Below, one piece after another: positions 1-13,388 of a DNA stretch of 64,000 nt. The DNA lies in contig UYFQ01000315.1 in NCBI GenBank assembly GCA_900617105.1, positions 1-64,000 of the forward strand, read 5' to 3'. Position numbers and translations under genes: made by a program. The first letter of the stretch is position 1. Each line of letters begins with the position of its first letter. The notes under the pieces were generated by a model. It had not been told where the DNA came from and ran no database searches. It saw only the letters and a program-made list of their open reading frames with translations. Origin of the DNA: Hydrurus foetidus. Lineage: Eukaryota.

Positions 1-5
1 AAATA

Positions 6-112
6 AAAAGTAAAGTAAAGTAAAGTAAAGTAAAGTAAAGTAAAGTAAAGTAAAGTAAAGTAAAGTAAAGTAAAGTAAAGTAAAGTAAAGTAAAGTAAAG
101 TAAAGTAAAGTA
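6..112. repeat. (AAAGT)n pentanucleotide microsatellite in an intron of the androglobin-like gene
   Basis: Perfect tandem TAAAG array, followed by degenerate 5-mers (ATGTG/GTGTA) to about 400. Confidence 0.97.
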
Positions 113-632
113 TGAATTTGCAGTGTAATATTGAGCTATGTCATGTGATGTGATGCAATGATATATATGATTATAATTAAATTAAATGTAGGGTGATATG
201 AAATGACATAGTGTGATATGATGCAGCGCAATGCGATGTCATGTAGTGTAGTGTAGTGTCAAGTAATATAATGCGTTGTAATGTTTTCAAATCTAATGTG
301 ATAGTGTGCAGCTTTTTAATGCACGGTAATGTAACGCGGTGCACTAATATGAATAGTAAACTAGTGCAAAGTTATGTAATGTAGTACAATGCACTGTACA
401 ATACAGTGCAACTTATCATGTGTGACAGTCACCAACAACAGCATCAGTGAAGCAGAAATTTCGAGATGGAAAACTGCACTGTATTTAACAATGTTATCAC
501 TTAAAGAAATTACTAGTAAGAGGAGGTCGAGAGGAACTCTTTGTGTGTCTGGAACAATTGATTTATTTGTACATCCTCAACAAGGCATCGAACTTAGTAA
601 GCATGTCTGTTAGGAAAGTAACATGTAACTCA

Positions 633-3600
633 CCTCATGTATGCTGCTCAGTTTCATTTCCCTCTCAGCGATAACACTTCTCTGATCTTCTTTGTCAAGA
701 GCAACAGAAAGCAGATCGGTCATTTTATCTAATGAAATCTGATGTGTGTCACTCACTTCATAATCTGAAGTAGCATCTAATAACCTAGATGCCTTCAAAT
801 TTTTCTTTTCAATAGAGTAAGCCATCGCTGATATTGCTCTTTCAGCTCTGCCTTGATTATTCTCTTCCCACGCATTCTTCCATTCTATTTGTCTCTCAAT
901 GTCGTACGTATCATGTGACACCTCACCGACAACACCTGCAAGCACATCTACCCTCCACTGAAATTGAGGGGTACTAGATGACGGACTTAAAGAGGGCAGT
1001 AAAGAAGATATTACAGGAATGTTCTTATCATCTAAAGCGTCCTTCAGTTTTCCTCGGCACGTACCCATTCCAGTATTCGACGGAATTTCAAGTGAATCCG
1101 TGAAAAATGTCAGAGGTACTCTGGATCTCCATTCTGGAGGAATTATCATCGCACTTTCGTCTAAAGAACATTCCATAATAAATTCTATTTCGTCCCCATG
1201 GGGAAGCTTTCTTGCACCCGATCCCTTTAGGTCTGTTTTTTTTTGTGTTTTTTTCGTTTTAGTAGGAGTGTCAGGTGCTGACACAGGATTTTGATCGGGA
1301 GAAATTGCAAATTTTTCGTGTGCTATTTGGTACAATTGTAGTACGCTTCTTCCTCTGTTTTCACTCACTAACACTCTGTCACTTTTTCGATACAATCGGA
1401 GGATGATGCTGACGTCTTCTGCCACATTCAGGCTACAGTTTGAAGTGGAAGTGGAATTGGTTCCTCTTCCTGAAGTAGATCCGGATGCATTTCCCTCCAC
1501 TATAGCAGAGGAATGTAACGGCAACACAGAGACACGCAAAGCAATAGGAAATGAGCACACCTCTACACTGTAAATGTCTCTGAATAGTACCATGCGGTTG
1601 TTGGGTAAATACGCTCCTTTATATCTTTGCTGCAGATTCCTCACAATGGAAGAGGAGGAAGGGGAGGAAGAAGAGGAGGAGGGGGATGATGCAAGCTCGA
1701 GAAGAGGTACATAGGATATAACCACTAATTTCCATTTAAATGACGGTAGTACCGCGCTCATTGAAGTTGAAGTTGAAGTTGAAGTCGGATTTTGATTCAA
1801 ATTTGATGCAAGCGATTGCATTGGAAAGCATCGACCAATTAGAGTTTTGAAATTGTGTGGTGTGCCCGAAAGCAGGAAGTTGTTGCCATCTATACGAGGC
1901 AGTGAAGTGGAGTCAACTTTGATCGAATTTGATGCGAGTATAACCGACACACATCTCGCAACTTCTCTGTCAGCAATGTGAAGGAATGCTGTCACAAAAT
2001 GCTCCTCACTCGTTCTCATCAATACACTCGGTGACGGTAAGTCACTTATTTCATCCAATATTTCGTCATTTCCACTCCCGTCAGCAGTATCAATATTCTC
2101 AGAAATGATCTGGGAAATGTTTTTTAATGGAGATATTTGTAGAGGAATACGGAACAATAATTGTTCTGTGTGCGGTCTAGCCGGAGCAGCTTCTCCCTCA
2201 CGGACCAAAACATTACGGCCTAATCCGGCCCAAATTTCCTCCACATCTCCCAATTGTACGGGAACAGCACAGGACATTGAAAGATGAATGGACGCCCTAC
2301 TAAAAATCCTCACCCAAAATACTAATTTACCCGGTTTATTCTCCACCCTGTCTGTAGGGATGTGAAAAGTAGTGCGTGTGTAAGGTATCTTAGCGGCTGC
2401 GCTGAGTTCTACTCTCATAACGAGTGGCTCCTTGTTATCGTGTCTTATCTCCTGGAGCACAACAACCACATCACTGGGCAGTATATTGCCACCATCTCCA
2501 CTACCCTTCCACACCGCTACACCACCTCCTCCACCTCCACCTCCACCGACAGTAAGTGTGTCTTTACGTGGCGTGACTGGACTGTGTAACATCAAATCCC
2601 TTTTCGAGTCACTATTCAATGTCGGACTAACATTGACTAATATAGGTCTTTTCGATGCGCTTTGAACAGCCCTAGGGGACGTGATAACATCACTCCCTTC
2701 GCTCAAATTCAAATTCACATCAGAATTTGAAATCACCATATCCGCATGTATAGATACTGATAAAGACAAGTACGCGCTTTTCAGTTCTGATTCTGAGTCC
2801 CTAGAGGGGTTTGAAGTGCGTGTGTCCAAATCTCGGAATTCTTTTTCTTGCAACAGAAGTGCATGTGTGACGTCATCAATCACTACATTGTTCTTCTCAT
2901 AACCCAGTGCGTGCGGTGTGAGGGGCGTGTGTGGCGTGACAGGTGTGATAGGTGTGAGGGGTGTTTGTAGTGGTGTAAAATTCTTCGTGTCTAGTGACAG
3001 CAGCATGGGAGGGGATCCCCCTTGATCCCCACACACAACATTGGGCGCCTTAAGAAGCTCTGCGATTTTCCCTTTAGCAATATTTGCCTTAGGAATTTTC
3101 TCCGCCATATTCTCAGTTGACAAGGGAATCCAATTAGAGTGCAGTACAGCGGTGTGCGGCATGCGGCTCATCGTGTCGACACCCGCTATATACGCTTGTC
3201 TAGCAGCTAATTCTCTAAGCGATATCCATTTACTCTCCACTGTAGTAGAGGGGGGTAATGGGTCATTAACTCCGTGCAGCAAACTGATGATGTCATCAGG
3301 AAGGGGTTGGAATGTTCTGGTATCTAACGGTCTTGGTTCCACTGCTGATGATGTGCGCCAATGTATTAGGAATTTGATGCTGTTTAAGATTTCGAAATCA
3401 CATTCTTCATGTCCTTCGTCTACGATGAATTGTTTCAAACTTACATTCTTAATTGAATGTTGTCCGTCAGACGTTTTTCGCTTTTCAGATTTGCCCACAC
3501 AGATGCCCAGAATTGGAACAGTTATAACTCCACTTTCTTCTGTTGATTTCGATGATGATGATGACGATGATGACGACGATGAAGAGACATCACCAGCGAT

Positions 3601-5384
3601 ATCTGAAGACTTATAACAGAGGAAAAATCCCTCGGAAAATGGCGCAGATAAAGATCTATTCAGTGCTGCAATCAGTATTTCTCTCGCATTAATATCTTCA
3701 GTCACTCTAGCTCTCTCCTCGAATCTCTGTGCATATTCCTCTCTAAAATGTTTTTTTGTTTTTAATTTTTTCAAATCTTCCATCATAACTTCTCCGCCTG
3801 TTACCCCACCACCCATGCGAAGTACTGAAGGTGTTACACTCGGGATATCCGCATCTAATATGATGGAAGCGCCACCAAATAGCATCTCCTGTATAATTCC
3901 TCTCGATCTCTGAATTTCAAGATTTACAGTTTCTGTAATTGACCGTGGTGTGCCAGGTAGCCAGCCAGTCAGCAAGTGCACAGCAAATCCAATGAAGAAA
4001 GAAGTTCTGTGTGCGCTTGATATCGATGTGGATGTATTGCGTTTGTCCAGTGGTATATCGACTAGAGAAGGCAGAGATGTGTTGTACCTATGATTGATAT
4101 TAGTCTGTTAGATTCAATGGCATTCTATGATGCGAATGAGAATAGTAATATTGAAGCTCTCTGCCCTTCGACACAACACACAATTCAAGCAACTGAAAGA
4201 GTACGTGTGTGAGGATAAGGATGTACCACCTTTAAAAAGGAATATTCATAAAATCTAAATCATGCAAAATGCCTATATCAACAGTAGCAGAAAAAACATT
4301 CAAACATTGTTAGATAAACTGGCTGCACGCACCCGCAAGCCGTGAAGACGGAATACACTGCTTTAGACAGAAGCAAAGGCCAGAGTTCTAAGGGCTGTAG
4401 ACTGCTTGCGATAGCAGGTCCATCTTTTCCCATGGGGATCGTGTCTGTCACCACCACTTTCCTCCATTTTCCGCCTAAAAAAAGCTTGACTGCGTATTTT
4501 CCAGAGGGGTTGTAAACGGGTTTGCCAGATGACATTTGTGGATAAATGGAATTCCAAAGTAATCTCTTATTCACGCTGTTATTCTCCAATGTGTTTTTCT
4601 GATGCCTCTGGGCGAATTCGGAGACAATTCTGAAAACAGAACACATGCAACTGTCTGTCTCTGGTCCCATAGGTAATTCCTGTGTTACATCCCTTTCAGC
4701 AATTAATGAGTCACATTCTTGCTGTAAGCTCGCTCGGCTGATGTTTTCATCTGTAGAGCTTCCCTCTGATGCTGCAATCCTATCACGCAGATTATCTTGA
4801 AGTAAAGCTCTCTCAACTTGCTCTGCCGAATATTTACGATGAAACTGTAGAGGTGCATAATAGTCGTCTATGTTCTCATCATCCCTGAAAATTATCTTCG
4901 GAATCTTTCGCCCATCTTCATCAGTGGCAGCTTCTGTAAAAATTTCAGATGTTGAATCTTTATACTTCTTCCCATCTACTTTTGATTTCGTTTTACTCTC
5001 AGCTGCTTCTAAGTTCAATACTGCTCTGATATTTTGGAAATATAGAGGCTTAATTCCGCTGGGATATTTCACATACTCTTCAGCGTCTTGATTGTCGTGC
5101 CAATTCTGACCTGCGAGTGACCAATCTGGAAAAATGCTGTCGACATTAGCCAATAGTCCTGTTAATTGGGTTCCTGAGATGTCACTGATGGGCTCCAAGT
5201 TCTCAGGCTAAATTTCAAGGTATGTCGTCGGATAGAATCAGATGAAGACAGTATTTCATCATCTCATTATCAAAGTTCACATTCAACGCACCTTCCGCAT
5301 ATAACGTGACGAGTCGATCTCCTTCTGTACATAAGCCACCGCTTTCTTCACGACGATTTTTTTTTCTGCAGTCTTTGGGGCCAT
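633..5384 (-). CDS. ADGB: Androglobin-like protein with calpain-like N-terminal domain; multi-exon, 3' end runs off the window
   Basis: Exons about 5384-5292 (MAPKTAEKK...), 5207-4333 and 4088-633 with GT-AG junctions. Motifs FPDW, GKPVYNPSGKYAVKLFLGGKWRKVVVTD, ELWPLLLSKA, HLLTGWLP and C-terminal HDTYDIERQIEWKNAWEENNQGRAERA resemble recalled androglobin motifs. Confidence 0.75.
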
Positions 5385-5793
5385 AATGTTAGACTACTCG
5401 GCGCAAATTACTAAACGAGTAACATTGTCGATCACTTCATTCCTCAGTGCATGCACAGAAACCGTTGTCTGCTTCGTCACTGTAAACTGAAGATTAAGAT
5501 CTGAGAGATGCGGACGGTGTCAACAATCAAGAACGATCTCGGCTGTCGACAGCAACATCCAACATCCCATTCCAAAATGAAACTGCCTGAAACATTGACC
5601 GTACGTACTGCACTGTGTGGGTTTTTTCGTTTTTCGTTTTTTGTTTTCCTACGTGAAAAAAGATCTATACTCGACAATACATAATTCGAACTTCAGTCTA
5701 TCGACACTGCTGGACTGCTGAATGCTTCTCCATTTGGTCGACTCTCTCTGTATTCCACTCAGTCTTCAAAACGAACAAACCACACTGAGGACT

Positions 5794-7866
5794 ATGGCAT
5801 CAAGCAAGAGGAAAAGGCATGAGGCTACTGCCGAGAAGAAAATAAAGAGGAAAACGGTAGACCTCGTTGAAACTACGGACAAACCTCTCATTGGATCGTT
5901 ATGGTTGGGCAACTTCTTGTCTCGAAAAAGGGATAGCACGGTGCCTACTCCTGAAGTGTACTGTGCATCAGAGGATACCTTTCTTCGCGACTTCAGTAAT
6001 CAATTTGCTCCGACATCCGAAGCTGTCTATGAAAGCGATGATGACAGTACAAGTGATAAATTAGTGCCGATTGGAGCTGATGGAAAGCAAAGTGACATAG
6101 AGATACTGATTGACATTGACATTGTGGAGGCAGAAAGCGTGCCAATAGTTGCAACAATTTCAAAACTGAAAATTTTCAATTTGCCGTACAGAATCAGAGC
6201 TACAGAGGTTGGTTCGCAAGCTTCGTGAAGTATAATGCAAACTGCGTAGCTTACTGCTGACCTAAATTGCGACAGATAACGGACCTCTTTGCGAAGTATG
6301 GTTTCGAGCTGGCGTCTGTAACTCTTGATGTAGATAAACGAACGTCTCTCCCCGCTGGCTCAGCAACTGTTGAGTTAGCTCCCGGATTTGATGAGGCAGA
6401 TGCTATCAAATCTCTCAAGGGACAGACGTGCGGAGGAAGACCATTGAAAGTGATGAGTAATAAGCCACAGGTGAAGAAGAGAATGTCTTCATTTGGTGGA
6501 CAGGGGGGTAGGTATTTTCTTGGCCGTGATGATGGGGTAGCAGAGCTGAAATGTAATAGCTGTGGTAAGGCACACAAGACCATGGATTGTGACGCAGATC
6601 AAGTCAATCCGTGCCATCTTTGCGCAGCAAGGGATCATGAATCAGGTAGATCTTGCTTATTATCATTGCCTTGGAAATACACCGCTGCATTTACTATTCT
6701 AAATAGCAGTTGTTGATTGGATTCCTGCATCTATCATCATCGTTAGCGGACTGCCCCAACATAACGTGCTTTAGATGCGGAGAATTCGGACACCACTCTA
6801 GAACATGCAATAGTGCGCGCAGACCCTCGAGGGCTTTTATTTGCACTCTGTGTGCGTCTAGTACGCATGATGCGAGACATTGTCTGCAACCGTCTGAGAA
6901 GGCGTTGGCTAGATTAGAGGACAAGTCGATACGATGCATGAGGTGTAATCAGCTTGGTCATGCCCTGTGTGGCACCACAGTGGAGAAGAAGAGCACTAAA
7001 ATCAAGTAAGCAAGAGAAAGAAAAACTGCCGTTCTTGTCATTCCCCTTATCGTGATATCTGGAGGTTACTAAATGCTCTCCTTTGCATCACTTGCAGACC
7101 TATCTTCTGTCCTAACTGTGGAGAGGAAGGACATCATGTAGACTATCCGACGGACACCAGTCATGCAGGGTCCATATTGGGCGGTCTAAACATATGCCAA
7201 GCGCCTAGGTATGAGGCATATATAAAGTTTCCGAAGTTACTGAGCGGCATAGATCACATGGGATCGGATGGAGGGGACAGGGACGACAGGGCTAAGCTGT
7301 ATCAATCTCTTGTGTGGTCGGGAGGATCGACAGAACAATTGCAGAACTTGTTTCCAAGCCTGACTAGGAATAAGACTCCGGGTAATAATGTGAGGAGGAA
7401 CACTATAAGTGCGAGTGACAATTCACATGGGAGAGAAAGTATGTACGAAGATGACTCTCGCAGGAACAGTTATGGCAATAGAAATAGCGATGGTCATGGT
7501 AATGACGATCACAGAGGAGGGAGTTATGCAGCCAGTAGCAGCAGCTACAGAGACATCCCCCCTACGTCTGAGTACGATAATGGACAATACAGCAGGGATA
7601 GCAATGGTAGACAGTCCCTCTCATCGCGTCACTCTTCCAGCTACATCGTCCAAGAGAGTTTCGTTCAAGTACGTGGACATTCCAATGACGTACTCCGATC
7701 CACATTCGGCAGAAGAGTTCAAACTGATGACAGTCACAGTAGTCACAGTAGTCGGAGTAAATATGGCAGGGAACATTCTGCTGACCAACATGGACTGCAT
7801 CGGAGAGCTTCTACCGGTAAACTGAACAGCGGAAGAGACGGTGACCGGGTAATAAGAAGGTTTTGA
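5794..7866 (+). CDS. RRM plus multiple CCHC zinc-knuckle RNA-binding protein (4 exons)
   Basis: RRM-like segment (LKIFNLPY...GSATVEL...GGRPLKV), then repeated CxxCxxxxHxxxxC knuckles (CFRCGEFGHHSRTC, CMRCNQLGHALC). GT-AG introns near 6208-6275, 6646-6747 and 7006-7098. Arg/Ser/Asp-rich tail. Confidence 0.85.
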
Positions 7867-8379
7867 GTCACGTCAAGGTTGAGGGCAGGTCTGTTAGGGA
7901 CTTCACGTTTGAGAGGCAGTATGTGCAAAGAGCTCAGAGAGGAGATATTATTGGAGTTGGAACGGTGGTAGAATGGTGTTCGAAGAAGTGAGAAACATTT
8001 CTGTCGATATGATATTTATTGTAAAATGCGCTGATTAAACAGCAGTAAGACGGATCGCCACGGCTGATTAAGGAACGCTCGCCATATTGCTTCATACCCG
8101 CTGAGTTCAATTCTATACCGACAATCTCAACTCTTCTAATTCTTGTCACCTCGACTCTGTTAAAAGGCAGTGAGATTCATGGAGACCTGACCGCAGATAT
8201 TACAGCGACTACTGCACAGAGGGAATATGAGTGAAGTGAGTGTAGATATCGCTGATTTCTTCGCATTGAAAGGATCGGCTGATTTCAACATCTTGACATC
8301 ACGATTGACTGATGATTGCAATGACCCAAATATATTATTTACAAGAAAAGAGAGTTCGTCTCATTCAGAAAGATTATTC

Positions 8380-8913
8380 TTATTCAGAGAGAATCGTTGG
8401 CGTCCCTGGAGGGAGCTTATCAGTATGTAAGTGCTCCTCTCCAGGAAATATTCTTAATTTGCGGGCAATCGTATGTCTTAAGTTGTTCTTCGCTAACATT
8501 CCTAGAACGGCCTTTCGTAGAATCTGAAGTGACAATTCGGAAGTTTGTTAGTTCCGGCTTTCTCTTTTGCATCACGGGAAATGAATATGCCCTCTTTTAA
8601 TGGCACTCCCAACTTAATTAATTCTCACCTCCTCAGGAATTTTATCCATCTGCCGGTCCGCTGGGCGTTGTTTTAAACCCCCTACATGTCCTGTGTGCCA
8701 TGTGTATAATTTGTCTGTATGCTTTGCCCCAGTAAGCTTCACGTCCTTAGCGTTGATGACGACAATGTAGTCTCCACAATCGCAGTTGCGTGAAAATGTT
8801 GGCTTATGTTTGCCCCTGAGAATATGGCTGATCTGAGTTGCGAGGCGGCCGACCACTTGGTTTTTCGCGTCTATCAAATGCCAAACCGGATTCGCGAATT
8901 TAGGAGTCGTCAT
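8380..8913 (-). CDS. rplM: Ribosomal protein uL13, probably mitochondrial (2 exons)
   Basis: WHLIDAKNQVVGRLATQISHILRGKHKPTF...DCGDYIVVINA...YTWHTGHVGGLK. Second exon ILRKAVLGMLAKNNLR...KLRIFPGEEH ends in TAA at 8380. Confidence 0.93.
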
Positions 8914-9436
8914 ATCAGGATGGAATCCCTCCGATTAGAAATCTTCTTGGGAGATTGTCGCTTTTTGTCTCCGAAGTTGCGATGCAGGCTGCTGCTGATG
9001 GGGATGGAGAATAGTGGAGAATGGAGTGAAGCGTGAAGTTGGCTGGGCTTCAGCCGAACTCCGGCTCATTTTGTCTTCCGGCATCCGGCCTAATCGGCTG
9101 TACTTACAAAAACGAGCAAACGTGCGTGCAATTGAACAGATAGTTCGTTATTCGTTAGTATGTTCAAAGTTCAAACTCCCCTCTCTCACGCGTCATCTAC
9201 GAAGTGCTGTAGACAAGACGAGGCTGGTAATTTGTGAGAAAGCGACTCTAGTATGGAATCCATCTGATTCAGGTAAATCAGCTGATGAACTTATACCTTT
9301 CGACGCTGTTTTGCGACGCCAAATTTTATGAGGAATAATGTACTTAAGCTCCGTCACCGTTGATTATTGTCTGCGGATAGTGCTCAGTTACATGACCAAT
9401 GGTATTATCTGCTGAGATTCTGCCTGCTGCAATCCA

Positions 9437-11714
9437 ATGTCTGAAGCTGTACGCAGTCGATCGACAATTACAGCCAGAAGATCTATCGGAGGCGCCGTCC
9501 GACTTAAGAAAAATGTCTCAATAAGTACTTCAAATTCACTAAGCGATTGTGACATTTCAGTAGATTCGAATGATGACGATGAGAATGCAGCTGTAGAAAC
9601 TGTAAGCTGCCTAGCCAAGAGGCGAAAGAGCCTATCACTCTGGGAATTATCTCCGAAGAGAGCCACGACGAAGAGATCCAGCTCATTTCATCAAATTGAA
9701 CCAGTAGGAGTCACTGTTCCGATTGATGTAGATGAGGTTGCAGCAGAATCCAGTCTCATCCACAATAGCAGCTCATCAAATACTGCTGATATAATCAATG
9801 CGAGAGAGTTGAGCAGCTCGTCTAGGCGGTCCTCCACCTCGAGCAGCAAGAGTAGCAATTCTCAATCCAGCACCGAAGTTACGCGAGAGCTTAGGAGTAG
9901 CAAGTCGCCAGACAAACTTCTGGCTGCTCAGAGGCTGTGGTCTCTTGAAGACTTCTCATTAGGGAAGGCGCTCGGAAAGGTGAATAAATGCAGCACATAA
10001 AATGCATCTCTGATTTCCAGCTCTTTCTTAATGTGCTTGTTTTTTTTGTTACCGTGCTCGTGCTCGTACTCGTGTCCTTGTCACATTCTTTTTTATCCAT
10101 TTATTGAATAAAGGACATCTTTTATACTGTATTGTCTATTTCCTGTAGTTGAATTGCATGTTGCTGCACCCAATGCACTGCGCCTAACAGACCCTTCACA
10201 GAACAATTAACAATCTACTTTAAATCTGATTAGGGGAAATTTGGTAATGTGTACTTGGCAAAACAAAAGCGCACGAATTTTCAACTGGCATTTAAAGTAC
10301 TATTCAAGGCGCCGATGCAAGCTGCGCAGTGTGTTAACGCACTGAGGAGAGAAGTGGAAATACAAAGTCGGCTTAAACATCCTAATATCGTGACTATGTT
10401 TGGGTGAGTCGATTTCAACGCCTCTACAATCAATCACCGATGTTTGTCATTATTATTCAAGCACTCATATCCGTAGTGAACAAAAGCGCTTTTTTTCAAT
10501 TTAATTCCTGAACGCAGAAGGCATGCAGTGTAATAGAAAGGATGATAAATTTAGAAAACTGTCAATGATCCCCTCCACTTTTTATCATACTCGCATTTCA
10601 GATATTTTCACGACACGAAGAATGTGTATCTCCTTCTTGAATATCTGTCTGGCGGAGAATTATTCAAGAAGATCAGCAAATCAGGGGGGTTTCTAGACGA
10701 AGACACGTGCCGTAAATACATGCGAGACATCGCTAGAGGACTGGAGCATCTACACGAAAGAGGCGTGATGCACAGAGACATCAAACCTGAGAACATTCTG
10801 ATCGGTGAGGATGGAATTCTAAGACTAACGGACCTGGGGTGGGCGGTTACGGTTTCTGCCCCCCAAATGGGGCCCCATAACACTGGGGTACGGTACACCA
10901 TGTGTGGGACCCCGGAGTATCTAGCCCCCGAAATGGTGGCCGGAACGGGGCACACCCTTTCTGTGGATCTCTGGGCTATGGGGATATTGTTGTACGAAAT
11001 GTTGTACGGGAGGTACGTGCGAACGTTCACGAATTTGTTTACCGTGATTTTTGTGATTTCCGTGTGACTACTGTTCACTCTCAGAAGTCGAAATCGTTTC
11101 TGCGATATTTCTCATGATAAAATCTCGCGTAATTGTTGTGCGTTTTATTGAACTAAATTAAAGTGTATGAGAATATTCAATTGTTGCCAATGAATCTGAT
11201 CTTGTCTCAGCTAGTAGGGACCGGAGCGATTAATCGATCATTGTGACATACTCTAAACTGATAGAAAACAAAGCCACTTGAATTACAAAGTGCGCGATAC
11301 CGTATACCTCTCAGAATTATTTTGTTTTCTCTTGTTTCATATAGGACTCCATTTTACGAAAAGCAGAGACAGTCGGGCAGCAGTAGTGAAGATCCCGGAG
11401 CAGCGGAGCTAGAAGCGAGATACAAGATGTACACAAACATACAAACATACAGCGACAGACTAACATTCTACGCACTACCTCTCGGACTCGCTACACTACC
11501 TCTCTCTGCTGTCTCCTCTTTTTCATCTTTTAGTAGCAGGCGCTCTACTGTTGCTGCCACTAGTTTACGTAATTCTCCCTTTAAATCCAATCCCCCCAGT
11601 CTGTCCCCAGAGGGCCAACATGTTATTCAGTCGTTACTACGCAGAGACGCACATCTGAGAATGACCGCCACTGAAATGCTACTTTCAGACTGGCTAGCGA
11701 ATGGCTCTGATTAG
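9437..11714 (+). CDS. AURK: Aurora-family Ser/Thr kinase (4 coding exons)
   Basis: [24 protein letters not shown]...[59 protein letters not shown]. Exons about 9437-9979, 10234-10403, 10602-11012 and 11345-11714. Confidence 0.92.
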
Positions 11715-13388
11715 CTTTGAACGCTTACATATTTCTTATTTTCACAATTTATACAACTATACAAATCTAATGTACATGTCGATATCAGAACTGAAGTGTA
11801 ACAAAACTGTGCCACTTTCTTGTAATTAAGTTACATGCAAGTTACCAAGTGCATATCGCAGTCATTACGTGTCTTTGTAGTCATCACATATTGTGGTCAG
11901 CCAAGTACGTACATCGTGTTCGAGTCTAAGATGATGATGATGACGATGACGATTGTACACACACTTATGCAGTCTACAGTCCCCGACTATCCTCGACATG
12001 ACATCCATAATCAAATATGAAGCCAGCTATTTCAAAGTCCGAGTTGAGTTCCGGGATCATAGACGTATAGAAACGACTTCAGCACTTTTCGTTTATCCGG
12101 ATTGAGCCTATATTTTGGATTCGTTCCTTTTAAATGAGATTGGAGATTGCCTGGCATTGGACTGGAGTGGAGTGGATTGTTTCATGAATAGTCGGAGACA
12201 CTATACTGCACACCAAAAAGGAATTAGGTGTTTTACTTTTTGTATTTGATTCCGAATGGAGGACACGACATCACTAGGGCAGGATTATTGCTTTTCAAAT
12301 GCTGTAGTCGATATTTATCTTTGTCAAATATCAGATATTACAAAACGCGACGTAGTGTAGCGATGTTCCTCCTTGGTGCACAATTGGGCATTTTAGATTA
12401 CAGCAGTCTTGAAGATCGAGAAGTCAAGCGTAGCATTGGCATGATTTAGAATTCTATTTTTCAAGAGACATTCTGCCTTCTGTGTCAGTCACTTTGTCAT
12501 AATTCAATTAAGATATCATACAGAACTGGTGCTTGTCACTTTTGGTATTTCAACATCTGTACTTGGAGACACACTTGATGTGCTCGATTTCTTCGAAAAT
12601 GGTTGTAGCTCATTTTTTATATTTTTCATTTGATTCAAATCTTCCACTTTGAAGGTCAAGCTCTATAATTGATGACCTCTATCAATCACAACGTTCATCC
12701 ATCTGTGCTGCAATCGCTGATTAAAATGATACTCTAGTGATACACAGTCCAATATAATCAGCGATTTATCGTCATTTTCCTCCTTTGAATCGTACGCGAT
12801 TGAATGTCTGTCTGTCTCTCTCTCTCTCTCTGTCTCTCTCTGTCTTGATCCTCGACTTTCTTTCTCTCTCTCTGTCTGTCTCTCTGTCTGTCTCTTTGCC
12901 ATTGCTTCGTTCCTGTTCTTGTTTTGCTCTATTTCTGTCATTGAAATCGTCTACCCCTGTTATTTACTGAACGGAACTGAACAGAATTAAATAGAATAGA
13001 ACTCTCGTAGTGAAACGGAGCAATGGCGAGTTATAGAAGCGACATCACTGAATGGCCCCTACAGACCACCTCCTCTGCATCGCAACTGTCAACCCCATCG
13101 AGTCTACTGACGCGATGATCATTTCCTATGCAGTGAAATGCGAGCTATTTTCAAAAATTAGCATTTCGTTCATGCACTCATTCTTGTTCATAACACGGTT
13201 GCTGCATTCATCTTGCCCCTCATCACCATTTGCCCTTCAGAACTTGATATTGCCATCAAAAAATTAAATTTAATTTCCTTTCTCTTCAGTACATTTCATC
13301 GCTTTTTAATTTGTTCAATTATTTGTTTTTAAAATCCATGTTTTTCATTTCCTTGCTTTTCAGGGACTTTTTTTCATGTCGTTTTTTA

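Noticed and set aside
6..112. (TAAAG)n as a telomeric repeat at the window edge
   Set aside because: It is not a TTAGGG/TTTAGGG-type repeat, it lies after a splice donor of an unfinished gene, and it matches the other intronic 5-mer arrays.
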